A stretch of DNA of 64,000 bases, from positions 186,001 to 250,000 of IMG/VR virus record IMGVR_UViG_3300042391_000634, one strand, 5' to 3'. A program made the translations under genes and the position numbers. The notes under the pieces were generated by a model, which did not search any database, had not been told where the DNA came from, and saw only the letters and a program-made list of their open reading frames with translations. Of the stretch, positions 40,158-51,100 are shown in pieces. The first letter of the stretch is position 1. The number at the start of each line of letters is the position of its first letter.

Positions 40158-40427
40158 ATGGAACTTTTTATTTTCACATTAAGTGATTGTATTCATTGCC
40201 AAGACTTAAAAACAAGATTAAGTAATGTTAAATTATCATTCAAAGAGTTTGAAATTAATAAAAATAAATCATTTTGGGAGGAAATAGTTAAACAGACAGG
40301 AGAAGATATTGTTCCAACTGTTTATATAAAGGAGGATGAAGGTAAAAAAACACATATTTTTATCCCCGGCAAAGACTTTAATAACGGGGATGAAGCTATA
40401 AATATCATAAAAAAATACACATTATAA
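40158..40427 (+). CDS. Glutaredoxin-like protein
   Basis: CIHC and VPTVYI. Confidence 0.75.
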   Translation: MELFIFTLSDCIHCQDLKTRLSNVKLSFKEFEINKNKSFWEEIVKQTGEDIVPTVYIKEDEGKKTHIFIPGKDFNNGDEAINIIKKYTL

Positions 40428-40455
40428 AAAAAAAGGGTCTTTAACCCTTTTTTTT
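40426..40455. terminator. Bidirectional intrinsic terminator
   Basis: A9-GGGT-CTTTA-ACCC-T8. Confidence 0.7.
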
Positions 40456-40504
40456 ATGCCTATTAATATAATAAAAGTATTTATGTAAAAGACTTTACAT
40501 TTAC

Positions 40505-43186
40505 ATGGCACTACAAAGAATAAATTGGACTCAGATTGAGACAGAAAATGTTAGTACAGGTACCACGATAGATCTGGGTTCATCAACTACTCCGTTAAAT
40601 GCAGTATATACAGATGACTTATATGTTTCAGGAACAAGTATATCTACGTTAATATCTGCTGGCGGTAATGGCTCCTCTGGAACCTCAGGTTCTAACGGTG
40701 CTTCGGGTACATCGGGTTCTAGCGGCACATCGGGTTCATCTGGTGCGAGAGGTTCTTCAGGAACATCAGGTTCTTCAGGAACATCAGGACAAAATGGTAC
40801 ATCAGGTTCTTCAGGAACATCAGGACAAAATGGAGCAAATGGAACAAATGGTTCCTCAGGAACATCGGGACAAGCGGGAACGTCAGGTTCATCAGGTTCT
40901 TCGGGTCAAGACGGTTTAAATGGTTCCAATGGAACTTCAGGTTCTTCTGGAACATCAAGTAATGGAACATCAGGAACATCAGGGTCTAATGGGTCAAGTG
41001 GAACATCTGGAGCAAGAGGTTCGTCAGGAACGTCGGGTTCTTCAGGTACATCAAGTAATGGAACATCAGGAACAAGTGGTTCATCTGGTTCTTCAGGTAT
41101 AAATGGTTCTTCAGGAACTTCAGGTTCTAGTGGATTGAGTGGTACGTCAGGTACAAGTGGAACATCAGGTTCTAATGGTAGTTCAGGTTCATCAGGAACA
41201 CAAGGAACATCAGGTTCTAGTGGTTCTTCAGGAACGGCAGGAACTAGTGGTAGTAATGGTTCATCAGGAACTTCAGGTAATAACGGTTCTTCAGGATCTA
41301 GTGGTTCATCAGGTTCCAACGGATCTAGTGGTTCATCAGGAACAAGTGGTTCTTCAGGAACGTCAGGTACAAGTGGTGCTAGAGGTTCTTCAGGAACGTC
41401 AGGTACAAGTGGTGCAGTTTATGCTACACGTTCAAGTACACTAATTTCAGATATTGATGAACATGATGGATTACCGTTAACATTTACGGTTGATACTGGT
41501 TTATCATATACAGTTGGACAAAAAGTAATTGCAGCCTACGATGTTAATAATTATTTAATTGGTAGAGTAAGTGGTTATAGTGGTAATCAATTATCGATTT
41601 TAATTGATACACATGGTGGTGGTAGTGAACACGACGATTGGTACATTAATTTATATGGTGGAACAACTATAGTTTCAGGTGGAACAGGTGGAGGTACAGC
41701 ATTAATAGTAACCGACGGAACAACTTCTGTTACCGATGTGAATAGAATAAGATTTAGTGGTGCAACAGTTACACAAACGGCTGCGGGACAATTAACGGTA
41801 ACAATAACGGGTGGTGAAGGAACGGGAACCGCAGGTTCTTCGGGAACGTCAGGATCTAGCGGGTCGTCAGGAACTGCAGGTTCTTCAGGATCAAGTGGAA
41901 CATCATCTTCAATTTATGTTAAACAGCAAGGTGGTTCACCTATTACGAATATATCAGGTGTCACATTTAGTGGTGCAACTGTTGTAGATGACGGAAACGG
42001 AAATGTAACCGTTCAAGTTACAGGCGGAGGTGAAATTGGCAACGATGGTTACCAAGGACACTTAGCAACATGGAAGTTCAATACGAGTACTAATACAAAT
42101 GTAAATCCAAATACAGGTTATTTTACTTTAAACACATCTGCGTGGGGATTAACAACAACAAGTATTTCGTTAGCAAATTTTAGTTTTTCACCAAATGTAG
42201 ATTTTTCAAGTTACTTAGATAGTTTATCTAACGGTTCAATATTAAAATTAATTAAAGCGACAGACCCGTCAATTTTTAAAATATTACAAATCACATCAAC
42301 TCAACCGTATGATGTTGGATTTGAGAATTTCACAGTAACACAAATTGCCACTGGTGGAGATGATCCATCAAGTGATGATGAGTTTTTACTAATCACTATG
42401 GGAGAAGCTGGTGTATCGGGAAATGATGGTTCATCAGGTACATCAGGTACATCAGGTTCATCAGGTACTAGTGGAACTTCAGGTATAAACGGTACATCTG
42501 GTACAGACGGTAGTTCAGGAACAAGTGGTTCAGATGGTACATCGGGTACATCAGGTTCTTCAGGTAGCGATGGTACAAGTGGTACTTCAGGATCTAGTGG
42601 TTCTGATGGTACAAGTGGAACATCTGGTTCTAGTGGTAGTAATGGTTCGTCAGGTACATCAGGTAGTGACGGTACTTCGGGTATTAATGGTACTTCAGGT
42701 ACAGATGGTACTTCAGGTACAGATGGTACTTCAGGAACTAGTGGTACAGATGGTACATCTGGTACATCACCTTTATACGTTGACGCAACTATAAAAGGAT
42801 ATCAGATAGTTCTTAACATGAGTGGAGGATCCACCGACGCCACTACACCGATTGCAAGTGTTTTAGGTCCAAATGGTGAAAATAAAGCTACATTAGAATC
42901 TCAAGGTTGGTCATTCACAATACCAACAACAAATAGATTACAAATTGGTAGACCAAGTGGTTTACAATCACAACCTATAGTGAATATAATGACACATGGC
43001 GTTAATGGTACGGAGGTTTTATCTAAATCACCAAATGCAACCACCACCGCTGGACAGAGTGTTTTCCAACAATATTCGGGTGGTAATTGGACCGGTATGG
43101 TTTTATATTCCGTATCGTCAGCAAACACAGGTGCGGCAACGGGAGGAAGTACGAACGTAATAATAACATTTGGTATAACAACTTAA
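40505..43186 (+). CDS. Gly-X-Y (GSS/GTS) repeat fibre protein 1
   Basis: Long Gly-every-third tracts separated by globular modules; TATTTAT at 40478. Confidence 0.7.
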   Translation: MALQRINWTQIETENVSTGTTIDLGSSTTPLNAVYTDDLYVSGTSISTLISAGGNGSSGTSGSNGASGTSGSSGTSGSSGARGSSGTSGSSGTSGQNGTSGSSGTSGQNGANGTNGSSGTSGQAGTSGSSGSSGQDGLNGSNGTSGSSGTSSNGTSGTSGSNGSSGTSGARGSSGTSGSSGTSSNGTSGTSGSSGSSGINGSSGTSGSSGLSGTSGTSGTSGSNGSSGSSGTQGTSGSSGSSGTAGTSGSNGSSGTSGNNGSSGSSGSSGSNGSSGSSGTSGSSGTSGTSGARGSSGTSGTSGAVYATRSSTLISDIDEHDGLPLTFTVDTGLSYTVGQKVIAAYDVNNYLIGRVSGYSGNQLSILIDTHGGGSEHDDWYINLYGGTTIVSGGTGGGTALIVTDGTTSVTDVNRIRFSGATVTQTAAGQLTVTITGGEGTGTAGSSGTSGSSGSSGTAGSSGSSGTSSSIYVKQQGGSPITNISGVTFSGATVVDDGNGNVTVQVTGGGEIGNDGYQGHLATWKFNTSTNTNVNPNTGYFTLNTSAWGLTTTSISLANFSFSPNVDFSSYLDSLSNGSILKLIKATDPSIFKILQITSTQPYDVGFENFTVTQIATGGDDPSSDDEFLLITMGEAGVSGNDGSSGTSGTSGSSGTSGTSGINGTSGTDGSSGTSGSDGTSGTSGSSGSDGTSGTSGSSGSDGTSGTSGSSGSNGSSGTSGSDGTSGINGTSGTDGTSGTDGTSGTSGTDGTSGTSPLYVDATIKGYQIVLNMSGGSTDATTPIASVLGPNGENKATLESQGWSFTIPTTNRLQIGRPSGLQSQPIVNIMTHGVNGTEVLSKSPNATTTAGQSVFQQYSGGNWTGMVLYSVSSANTGAATGGSTNVIITFGITT

Positions 43187-43200
43187 TATAGAAAAATAAA

Positions 43201-46200
43201 ATGGCATTAGAGGCTCCTGACAAATTATTAATTGGTAGTATAGATTTTGGTACAACAATACCAAACGAAACATATTCTTCTTTAGATACATACGATGGTG
43301 TATACATGTCATTCATATGTAATTTCACAATCATACCTCAACAAGGTGCTTATCCCGATTCAAATTTAAATCTTAATCTTTATAATGTAAATGATATCAC
43401 TATTGGTATGAAATTTGCGTTACCAACATCAAAAATGTATGATGTTATAGGGATTACGGGAATTACAGACACCGATGCAATTATTGAATTAAGAGATACT
43501 AATTTAAAAGAATATATAAATTCTAATTACGACCCACCAAATAATTTTCCAGATGAAAATCAAAATGGTATTTTTTATGAAGTCATTGACGGAGCGGCTA
43601 AATTGGGTAACCTTCAACAAAATGAAGGAGCGTTTACAAATTTAGGATATTGGATTGATGATATAATTGGTAATAGTATTACTGAATTAGCGGATTTTCA
43701 GACTGAGAGTGCGTTATTTCAACAAACAGGTTCATTTTATGCGACAACTAATGACCTTCAAATAACCGGTTCGTTAAATGTTGAAGAAGGTACAATTAGT
43801 GGTGACGGTGGTGGATTATATAATATTCCAGCAAGTGGGGTTACAGGATTAGAATTATTTAAAATTACATCAGGTAGTGTTAGTGCATCTTTAGAAGGTG
43901 GTACATTAAATATTAATACTGATGTTTTCATAGATGGTATTATTACTGCAAAACAATTAAACATTGATTATGTAAGTTCATCAATACTTTATACATCGGG
44001 ATCAACCAAATTTGGTGATACCTCAGACGATACACACGAATTTACAGGTTCATTGTTTATCAGTGGGTCGGTAAATATAGTTAGTGGTAGTTTAACAATT
44101 GATGGAGTTTCATTCTCAGCAATGACATCAGGTACATCAGGTTCTAGTGGTAGTGATGGAACTAGTGGAACTTCAGGTTCAGACGGTTCTTCAGGAACGT
44201 CAGGTTCATCTGGTTCTTCAGGAACATCAGGTAGTTCAGGTTCTAGCGGGTCATCAGGAACAAGTGGTTCTTCAGGTTCTTCTGGAACGTCAGGTTCAAG
44301 TGGTTCTTCAGGAAGTTCAGGTTCTAGCGGATCTTCAGGAACTAGTGGTTCAGACGGATCTAGCGGAACCTCAGGTAGTTCAGGTTCTAGCGGATCTTCA
44401 GGAACTAGTGGTTCAGACGGATCTAGCGGAACCTCAGGTTCTAATGGAACGGATGGTTCTTCAGGTTCAGATGGTACATCAGGTTCAGATGGTTCTTCAG
44501 GTTCAGATGGCACATCAGGAACTAGTGGTTCTAGTGGAATAAGTGGTGTAGACGGTACGAATGGTTCATCAGGCACATCGGGTTCTTCAGGTAGTGATGG
44601 TAGTTCAGGTACATCAGGTTCAAGTGGTAGTGATGGTTCTTCAGGAACTAGTGGTTCTTCAGGTAGTGATGGGTCTTCAGGTACTTCAGGATCAAGTGGA
44701 AGTGATGGCACGAGCGGCACATCGGGTAGTGATGGAACTTCGGGATCTAATGGTACAGACGGTTCATCAGGTACTTCAGGAGATAGTTTATTTGCTCAAA
44801 CAGGTTCTTTTTGGGCGACAACAAATGACATACAGATTACAGGTTCGTTAGATATTACCTCAACATTAGGTATAACTGACGCAAATATTATAATGACCGA
44901 CAGTTCTTCATTATACATGACGAGCGGGTCAAACATCTACGTTGATGGAGGTATTATTAGTGGAGCTTACATTTATGGTGACGGTTCAAACTTAATAAAC
45001 ATTCCAGCAAGTGGAGTAACGGGTTTACAATTAAATCAAATCGTTAGTGGTAGTGCAACTGCATCTATTTCACCTGACGGTTTTCAAATAAATGTACCAA
45101 CATCAATTACAGGATCGTTATTTGTTGATGGTATCATAACCGCTAAACAATTAAATATTGATTACGTAAGTTCTTCAATACTTTACACATCAGGATCTAC
45201 AAAATTCGGAGATACTTCAGACGATACTCACGAGTTTACAGGTTCATTGTTTATTAGTGGTTCTGTTAATATTTCAAGCGGTAGTTTAGTTATAGATGGA
45301 GTTTCATTCTCAGCAATGACTTCAGGAACATCAGGAACAAGTGGGACTTCGGGTTCTAGTGGTAGTGATGGTACATCAGGAACATCAGGTTCAGATGGTA
45401 CGTCAGGTTCTAGTGGTTCTGATGGTTCTTCAGGAACTAGTGGTTCTTCAGGTAGTGATGGGTCTTCAGGTACTTCAGGATCAAGTGGAAGTGATGGCAC
45501 GAGCGGCACATCAGGTTCTAGTGGTTCAGATGGTTCATCTGGTTCAAGTGGTAGTGATGGTTCAAGTGGTACATCGGGATCTAGTGGTTCAGATGGCACA
45601 TCAGGAACTAGTGGTTCTAATGGAACGGATGGGACATCAGGTACTAGCGGAAGTAATGGTACAGATGGTTCATCAGGAACTAGTGGTAGTTCAGGTTCTG
45701 ACGGAACATCAGGTTCTGACGGATCTTCGGGTAGTGATGGAACTTCAGGAACTAGTGGCTCATCAGGTATATCTGGCGTTGATGGTACAAATGGTTCATC
45801 GGGATCTAGTGGATCTTCAGGTAGTGACGGTTCAAGTGGTACATCAGGATCTAGTGGTTCAGATGGTTCTTCAGGCACAAGTGGTAGTGATGGTACATCG
45901 GGAACCTCAGGTTCTAATGGAACGGATGGTTCATCAGGTACAAGTGGTTCAGATGGAACTAGCGGTTCTAGCGGTAGCGATGGTTCATCAGGTACAAGTG
46001 GTGATAGTTTATTCGCACAAACAGGTTCATATTGGGCAACAACAAATGATATTCAAATCACAGGTAGTTTAACTATAACTTCTCAATTAGGTGTTACTGA
46101 TAGTAACATAATAATGACTGATAGTTCTTCATTATACTTATCTAGTGGCTCAAACATATATGTTGACGGTGGAATAATTAGTGGAGCATACATTTATGGT

Positions 46201-48096
46201 GATGGTAGTAATTTAATTAACATACCAGCAAGTGGAGTTACAGGATTAGAATTAAATAAAATAGTAAGTGGTTCAGTAAGTGCATCCATTCAATCTGATG
46301 GAACATTCAGGGTTAATGGAAACACGTATATTGATGGTATTTTAACGGCTAAAGAATTACATATTGATTATGTAACCTCTTCAGTTTTATATACATCAGG
46401 ATCGACAAAGTTCGGTGATACATTAGATGATAATCACAATTTTACAGGTTCGGTTAATATAACAGGTTCAATAACATTAAATGGTCAAGCAATTGGTACG
46501 GGTAAATTAGATGAATCGGCATTTAATACATATACAGGTTCAAATACATCACAATTTGCGGGAACATCATCATATGCAATATATGCGGAAAATGCTGTAA
46601 TAGTATCAGGGGCAAATAAACAATTATATGTTTCTTCACCTTCAACAACATGGTCTTTCACACACAATTTACATGAGAGATATCCTGTTATAAATGTTTT
46701 TGATGATAACGGTTATATAGTAGTTCCAGAAACAATAAGAAGTATAAATCAAGATTTAATTGAAGTATATTTCAACGTAGCAACGGCAGGACATGTAGTT
46801 GCATCTGTTGGTGGAGCAGGAACAAGTGGAACATCGGGAACTTCAGGTTCTAGTGGTAGTGATGGAACATCAGGTTCAGATGGTACATCAGGTTCAGACG
46901 GATCTTCAGGTACAAGTGGTAGTGATGGTTCTTCAGGAACAAGTGGATCTAGTGGTTCAGATGGTTCTTCAGGTACTAGTGGGTCTTCTGGTTCGGACGG
47001 ATCTAGTGGAACCTCAGGTTCTAATGGTTCAGATGGTTCATCGGGTACTAGTGGGTCTTCTGGTTCGGACGGTTCTTCAGGAACAAGTGGATCAGATGGT
47101 TCATCAGGCACATCAGGTTCAGACGGCACATCGGGTACTAGTGGTTCTAGTGGTATAAGTGGTGTGGATGGTACAGATGGTTCTTCAGGAACTAGTGGTT
47201 CATCGGGATCAAATGGTTCTTCAGGAACTAGTGGTTCAGACGGATCTAGCGGAACATCAGGTACATCGGGTACATCAGGTACAAGTGGTAGTTCAGGCAC
47301 TTCAGGTAGTGATGGTTCTTCAGGAACTAATGGTTCAGATGGTACATCAGGAACATCAGGTGATAGTTTATTTGCACAAACAGGTTCATATTGGGCAACA
47401 ACAAACGATATACAGATTACAGGTTCTTTAAATATTACATCTCAATTAGGTATTACAGATAGTAATACAATAATGACGGATAGTTCTTCATTGTATTTAA
47501 CAAGTGGTTCTAATTTATACATCCTCAACGGTAAAGCCGATTTAACAAATAGTGATTTAGAAATTAACACAGGTAATTTAACAGTTAATAACGGAACAAT
47601 TAGTGGTTCATTTGTTGGAGATGGTGCAGGATTATATAATATTCCATCATCAGGAATTACAGGTCTTAACTTAGATAGAATTGTTAGTGGTAGTGTAAGT
47701 GCATCATTGGCTGATGGAAAATTAAAAGTTAATACTGATGTAGTAATTGATGGTACAATCACAGCAAAAGAATTACGTATTGATTATGTAACATCTTCAA
47801 TTCTTTATCAATCAGGATCAACAAAATTCGGTGATACATTAGATGATAATCACAATTTTACAGGTTCATTACGTACAACAGGTTCGGTTATTATTGACGG
47901 AGATTTAACAGTACGTGGAACAACAACGTTAACATCAACAGACCCATTAAGAGAATCTTTGATTATATCAGGAGCGATGGCGATGATGCAAGCTCAAATT
48001 CAATCACAGATTATATCCGCGTCAATATCAATGGGAGGACAAAGGGTAATATCACAAGAACAAAACAATATTGTATTAGATTTAGGTGGTTTTTAA
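43201..48096 (+). CDS. Gly-X-Y repeat fibre protein 2
   Basis: Three ~200-aa GXY tracts, with repeated GDSLFAQTGSxWATTND and TSGSTKFGDTxDDxHxFTGS modules. Confidence 0.75.
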   Translation: MALEAPDKLLIGSIDFGTTIPNETYSSLDTYDGVYMSFICNFTIIPQQGAYPDSNLNLNLYNVNDITIGMKFALPTSKMYDVIGITGITDTDAIIELRDTNLKEYINSNYDPPNNFPDENQNGIFYEVIDGAAKLGNLQQNEGAFTNLGYWIDDIIGNSITELADFQTESALFQQTGSFYATTNDLQITGSLNVEEGTISGDGGGLYNIPASGVTGLELFKITSGSVSASLEGGTLNINTDVFIDGIITAKQLNIDYVSSSILYTSGSTKFGDTSDDTHEFTGSLFISGSVNIVSGSLTIDGVSFSAMTSGTSGSSGSDGTSGTSGSDGSSGTSGSSGSSGTSGSSGSSGSSGTSGSSGSSGTSGSSGSSGSSGSSGSSGTSGSDGSSGTSGSSGSSGSSGTSGSDGSSGTSGSNGTDGSSGSDGTSGSDGSSGSDGTSGTSGSSGISGVDGTNGSSGTSGSSGSDGSSGTSGSSGSDGSSGTSGSSGSDGSSGTSGSSGSDGTSGTSGSDGTSGSNGTDGSSGTSGDSLFAQTGSFWATTNDIQITGSLDITSTLGITDANIIMTDSSSLYMTSGSNIYVDGGIISGAYIYGDGSNLINIPASGVTGLQLNQIVSGSATASISPDGFQINVPTSITGSLFVDGIITAKQLNIDYVSSSILYTSGSTKFGDTSDDTHEFTGSLFISGSVNISSGSLVIDGVSFSAMTSGTSGTSGTSGSSGSDGTSGTSGSDGTSGSSGSDGSSGTSGSSGSDGSSGTSGSSGSDGTSGTSGSSGSDGSSGSSGSDGSSGTSGSSGSDGTSGTSGSNGTDGTSGTSGSNGTDGSSGTSGSSGSDGTSGSDGSSGSDGTSGTSGSSGISGVDGTNGSSGSSGSSGSDGSSGTSGSSGSDGSSGTSGSDGTSGTSGSNGTDGSSGTSGSDGTSGSSGSDGSSGTSGDSLFAQTGSYWATTNDIQITGSLTITSQLGVTDSNIIMTDSSSLYLSSGSNIYVDGGIISGAYIYGDGSNLINIPASGVTGLELNKIVSGSVSASIQSDGTFRVNGNTYIDGILTAKELHIDYVTSSVLYTSGSTKFGDTLDDNHNFTGSVNITGSITLNGQAIGTGKLDESAFNTYTGSNTSQFAGTSSYAIYAENAVIVSGANKQLYVSSPSTTWSFTHNLHERYPVINVFDDNGYIVVPETIRSINQDLIEVYFNVATAGHVVASVGGAGTSGTSGTSGSSGSDGTSGSDGTSGSDGSSGTSGSDGSSGTSGSSGSDGSSGTSGSSGSDGSSGTSGSNGSDGSSGTSGSSGSDGSSGTSGSDGSSGTSGSDGTSGTSGSSGISGVDGTDGSSGTSGSSGSNGSSGTSGSDGSSGTSGTSGTSGTSGSSGTSGSDGSSGTNGSDGTSGTSGDSLFAQTGSYWATTNDIQITGSLNITSQLGITDSNTIMTDSSSLYLTSGSNLYILNGKADLTNSDLEINTGNLTVNNGTISGSFVGDGAGLYNIPSSGITGLNLDRIVSGSVSASLADGKLKVNTDVVIDGTITAKELRIDYVTSSILYQSGSTKFGDTLDDNHNFTGSLRTTGSVIIDGDLTVRGTTTLTSTDPLRESLIISGAMAMMQAQIQSQIISASISMGGQRVISQEQNNIVLDLGGF

Positions 48097-48167
48097 ATAA
48101 AACAAATCATTAATAAAAATATATTAAAAAAAACATAGAATTAATACGAGGATAGGTAATAACAAAG

Positions 48168-48175
48168 TATTTATA
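48168..48175 (+). promoter_or_regulatory. TATTTATA putative late promoter
   Basis: Intergenic, upstream of ATG 48196. Confidence 0.5.
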
Positions 48176-48195
48176 AACTAAACAAACAAGCATAG

Positions 48196-51100
48196 ATGGC
48201 ACAAATCATTAAACACAGGAGGGGTTCGTTAGCGACTCTCAAAAACACAACAGCAAGGAACGGTGAATTAATCATCGCAACCGGTTCGATTGGTAATTTA
48301 CAAGGACCTTTTATTTTTATAGGTTCTCCAGTATTAGCAGACGAAGGAGTTGCAGGAGCGTTCAATACGGTCTCCAAGATTTATCAAGGAGCTAATGCAC
48401 CAACGATTGCAGCTGGCACATATGGTTCTGGATTAGATGGCACACCATTCTATGCCAGTTCTGAAAAGAAATTATACATATTAAACAACGATAACGTTGG
48501 TAATACTGCATTAAATTTAGTAGGTAACATTGAAGGTAATACTATCAGTGGTGTTACAATTACTAATTTAACAGGTACAACCGCAACGTTTGGTAGTCAA
48601 GTTAATATCAGTGGTTCAATGAACATTACCGGTAGTTTCTGGTTAAATGGTTCAGAATACACATCAAATAGTTCAGGAACTTCAGGTTCTTCAGGTTCTA
48701 GCGGTTCTTCAGGAACGGCAGGAACTTCAGGTTCTTCAGGTTCTTCAGGTTCTAGCGGTTCTTCAGGAACAGCTGGTACATCAGGTTCTTCAGGATCTAG
48801 CGGTTCTTCAGGAACGGCAGGAACTTCAGGTTCATCAGGTTCATCAGGAACTGCTGGTACATCTGGAACTTCAGGTAGTGATGGTACATCAGGTACATCA
48901 GGTTCCAGTGGTTCTTCAGGATCTAACGGTTCTTCAGGAACTAGTGGTTCATCTGGATCATCAGGAACTTCAGGTTCTTCAGGTTCATCAGGTTCTAATG
49001 GTACCGATGGTTCTTCAGGTTCATCAGGAACTAGTGGTTCATCAGGTTCATCAGGAACTAGTGGTTCTTCAGGTTCTTCAGGAACAGCTGGTACATCAGG
49101 TACATCAGGTTCAAGTGGTTCATCGGGATCATCAGGTTCATCAGGAACTTCAGGAACAGCAGGAACTTCAGGTTCTAGCGGTAGTGATGGTTCATCGGGT
49201 TCATCGGGAAGTGCTGGTACATCAGGAACATCGGGTACGTCAGGTTCATCAGGTTCTTCAGGTTCAGACGGTACTTCAGGAACTAGTGGTTCATCAGGTT
49301 CATCAGGAACAGCAGGAACTAGTGGTTCATCAGGTTCTTCAGGATCTTCAGGGTCTAATGGTACTGACGGTACTTCAGGAGATAGTTTATTCGCATTAAC
49401 AGGATCAATATGGTCAACAACAAATCCAGTAAGAATTGTAGGCGCATTAACGTCATCAGTAGTATCATCTTCATTTGTAGGTGATGGTGCAGGACTTTAT
49501 AATATACCAGCGAGTGGAGTTACTGGATTAGAATTAAATAAAATAGTAAGTGGTTCAGTAAGTGCATCAATATTATCTGATGGAACATTCAGAGTTAATG
49601 GAGACACTTATATTAATGGTATCATTACAGCAAGACAATTAAATATTGATTATGTAAGTTCTTCAATAATGTATACATCAGGTTCAACCAAATTTGGTGA
49701 TACGTTAGATGATACACATGATTTTACAGGTAGTCTTAATATTACAGGTTCATTAAAATTGAACGGTGTAACAGTTGGAACGGGTAAATTAGATGAATCT
49801 TGGTTTAATAGTTATGTATCAAGTTCAACATCTCAATTAGCAGGAACATCATCATTCGCAGTTTCTTCATCATATGCTGTATACGCTGAAAACGCGGTTA
49901 TTGTTTCAGGTCAAACTAAAACATTAGTAATTAGTTCAGCATCAACAACATGGTCATTCAACCACAATTTAGGATACAAATATCCAGCGGTTAATGTGTT
50001 TGATGGTAGTGATAAAGTTGTGATACCAACAGAAATTCACGTTATTGATAGTAATAACTTAAAAGTATACTTTAACGAAGCTCAAACGGGTACAGTAATT
50101 GCCACTATTGGTGGTAATGGTTCATCAGGAACTTCAGGTTCAGGTGGTACATCAGGTTCTTCAGGGTCAGCAGGAACAAGCGGTTCATCTGGTTCAGCAG
50201 GAACTAGTGGAACTTCAGGTTCTTCAGGTTCTAGTGGGTCTAATGGTACTGATGGTTCTTCAGGGTCAAGTGGTTCATCAGGAACTGCAGGTACATCAGG
50301 TACATCAGGTTCTAATGGTTCATCAGGATCTAGTGGTTCATCAGGTTCATCAGGAACTGCGGGTACAAGTGGTTCAAGTGGTTCAGATGGCACATCGGGA
50401 ACAAGTGGTTCTTCAGGAACAAGTGGTTCGTCAGGTTCATCAGGAACTTCAGGTTCTTCAGGTAGTTCAGGAACGGCAGGAACTTCAGGTTCTAGTGGTT
50501 CATCAGGTTCTTCAGGAACTTCAGGTTCTAATGGTACTGATGGTTCTTCAGGTTCTTCAGGAACAAGTGGTTCTTCAGGTTCATCAGGAACGGCAGGTAC
50601 TTCGGGTACATCAGGATCAAGTGGTTCATCAGGATCTTCAGGTTCTTCAGGAACAAGTGGTTCAGATGGAACTAGTGGTACATCAGGTTCTAGCGGTTCT
50701 TCAGGAACATCAGGTTCAAGTGGTTCTTCAGGAACTGCAGGAACATCAGGATCTAGTGGTAGTGATGGTTCTTCAGGTTCATCAGGAACTGCAGGTACAT
50801 CAGGTAGTTCAGGAACATCAGGAACATCAGGTTCAAGTGGATCTAGTGGTTCTTCAGGAACGTCGGGTTCTTCAGGATCAGCAGGTACATCAGGATCTTC
50901 AGGAGACAGTATATTCGCTTTAACAGGATCAGTTTGGGAAACAAACTTAAGTGTTAAATTTAACCAACCAGTAACTTCTTCTGTATTCACAGGTTCGTTC
51001 ATTGGTGATGGTGCAGGACTTTATAATATACCAGCAAGTGGTGTAACAGGATTACAATTAGATAAGATTGCAAGTGGTGCGGTAACAGCATCGGTAACTG

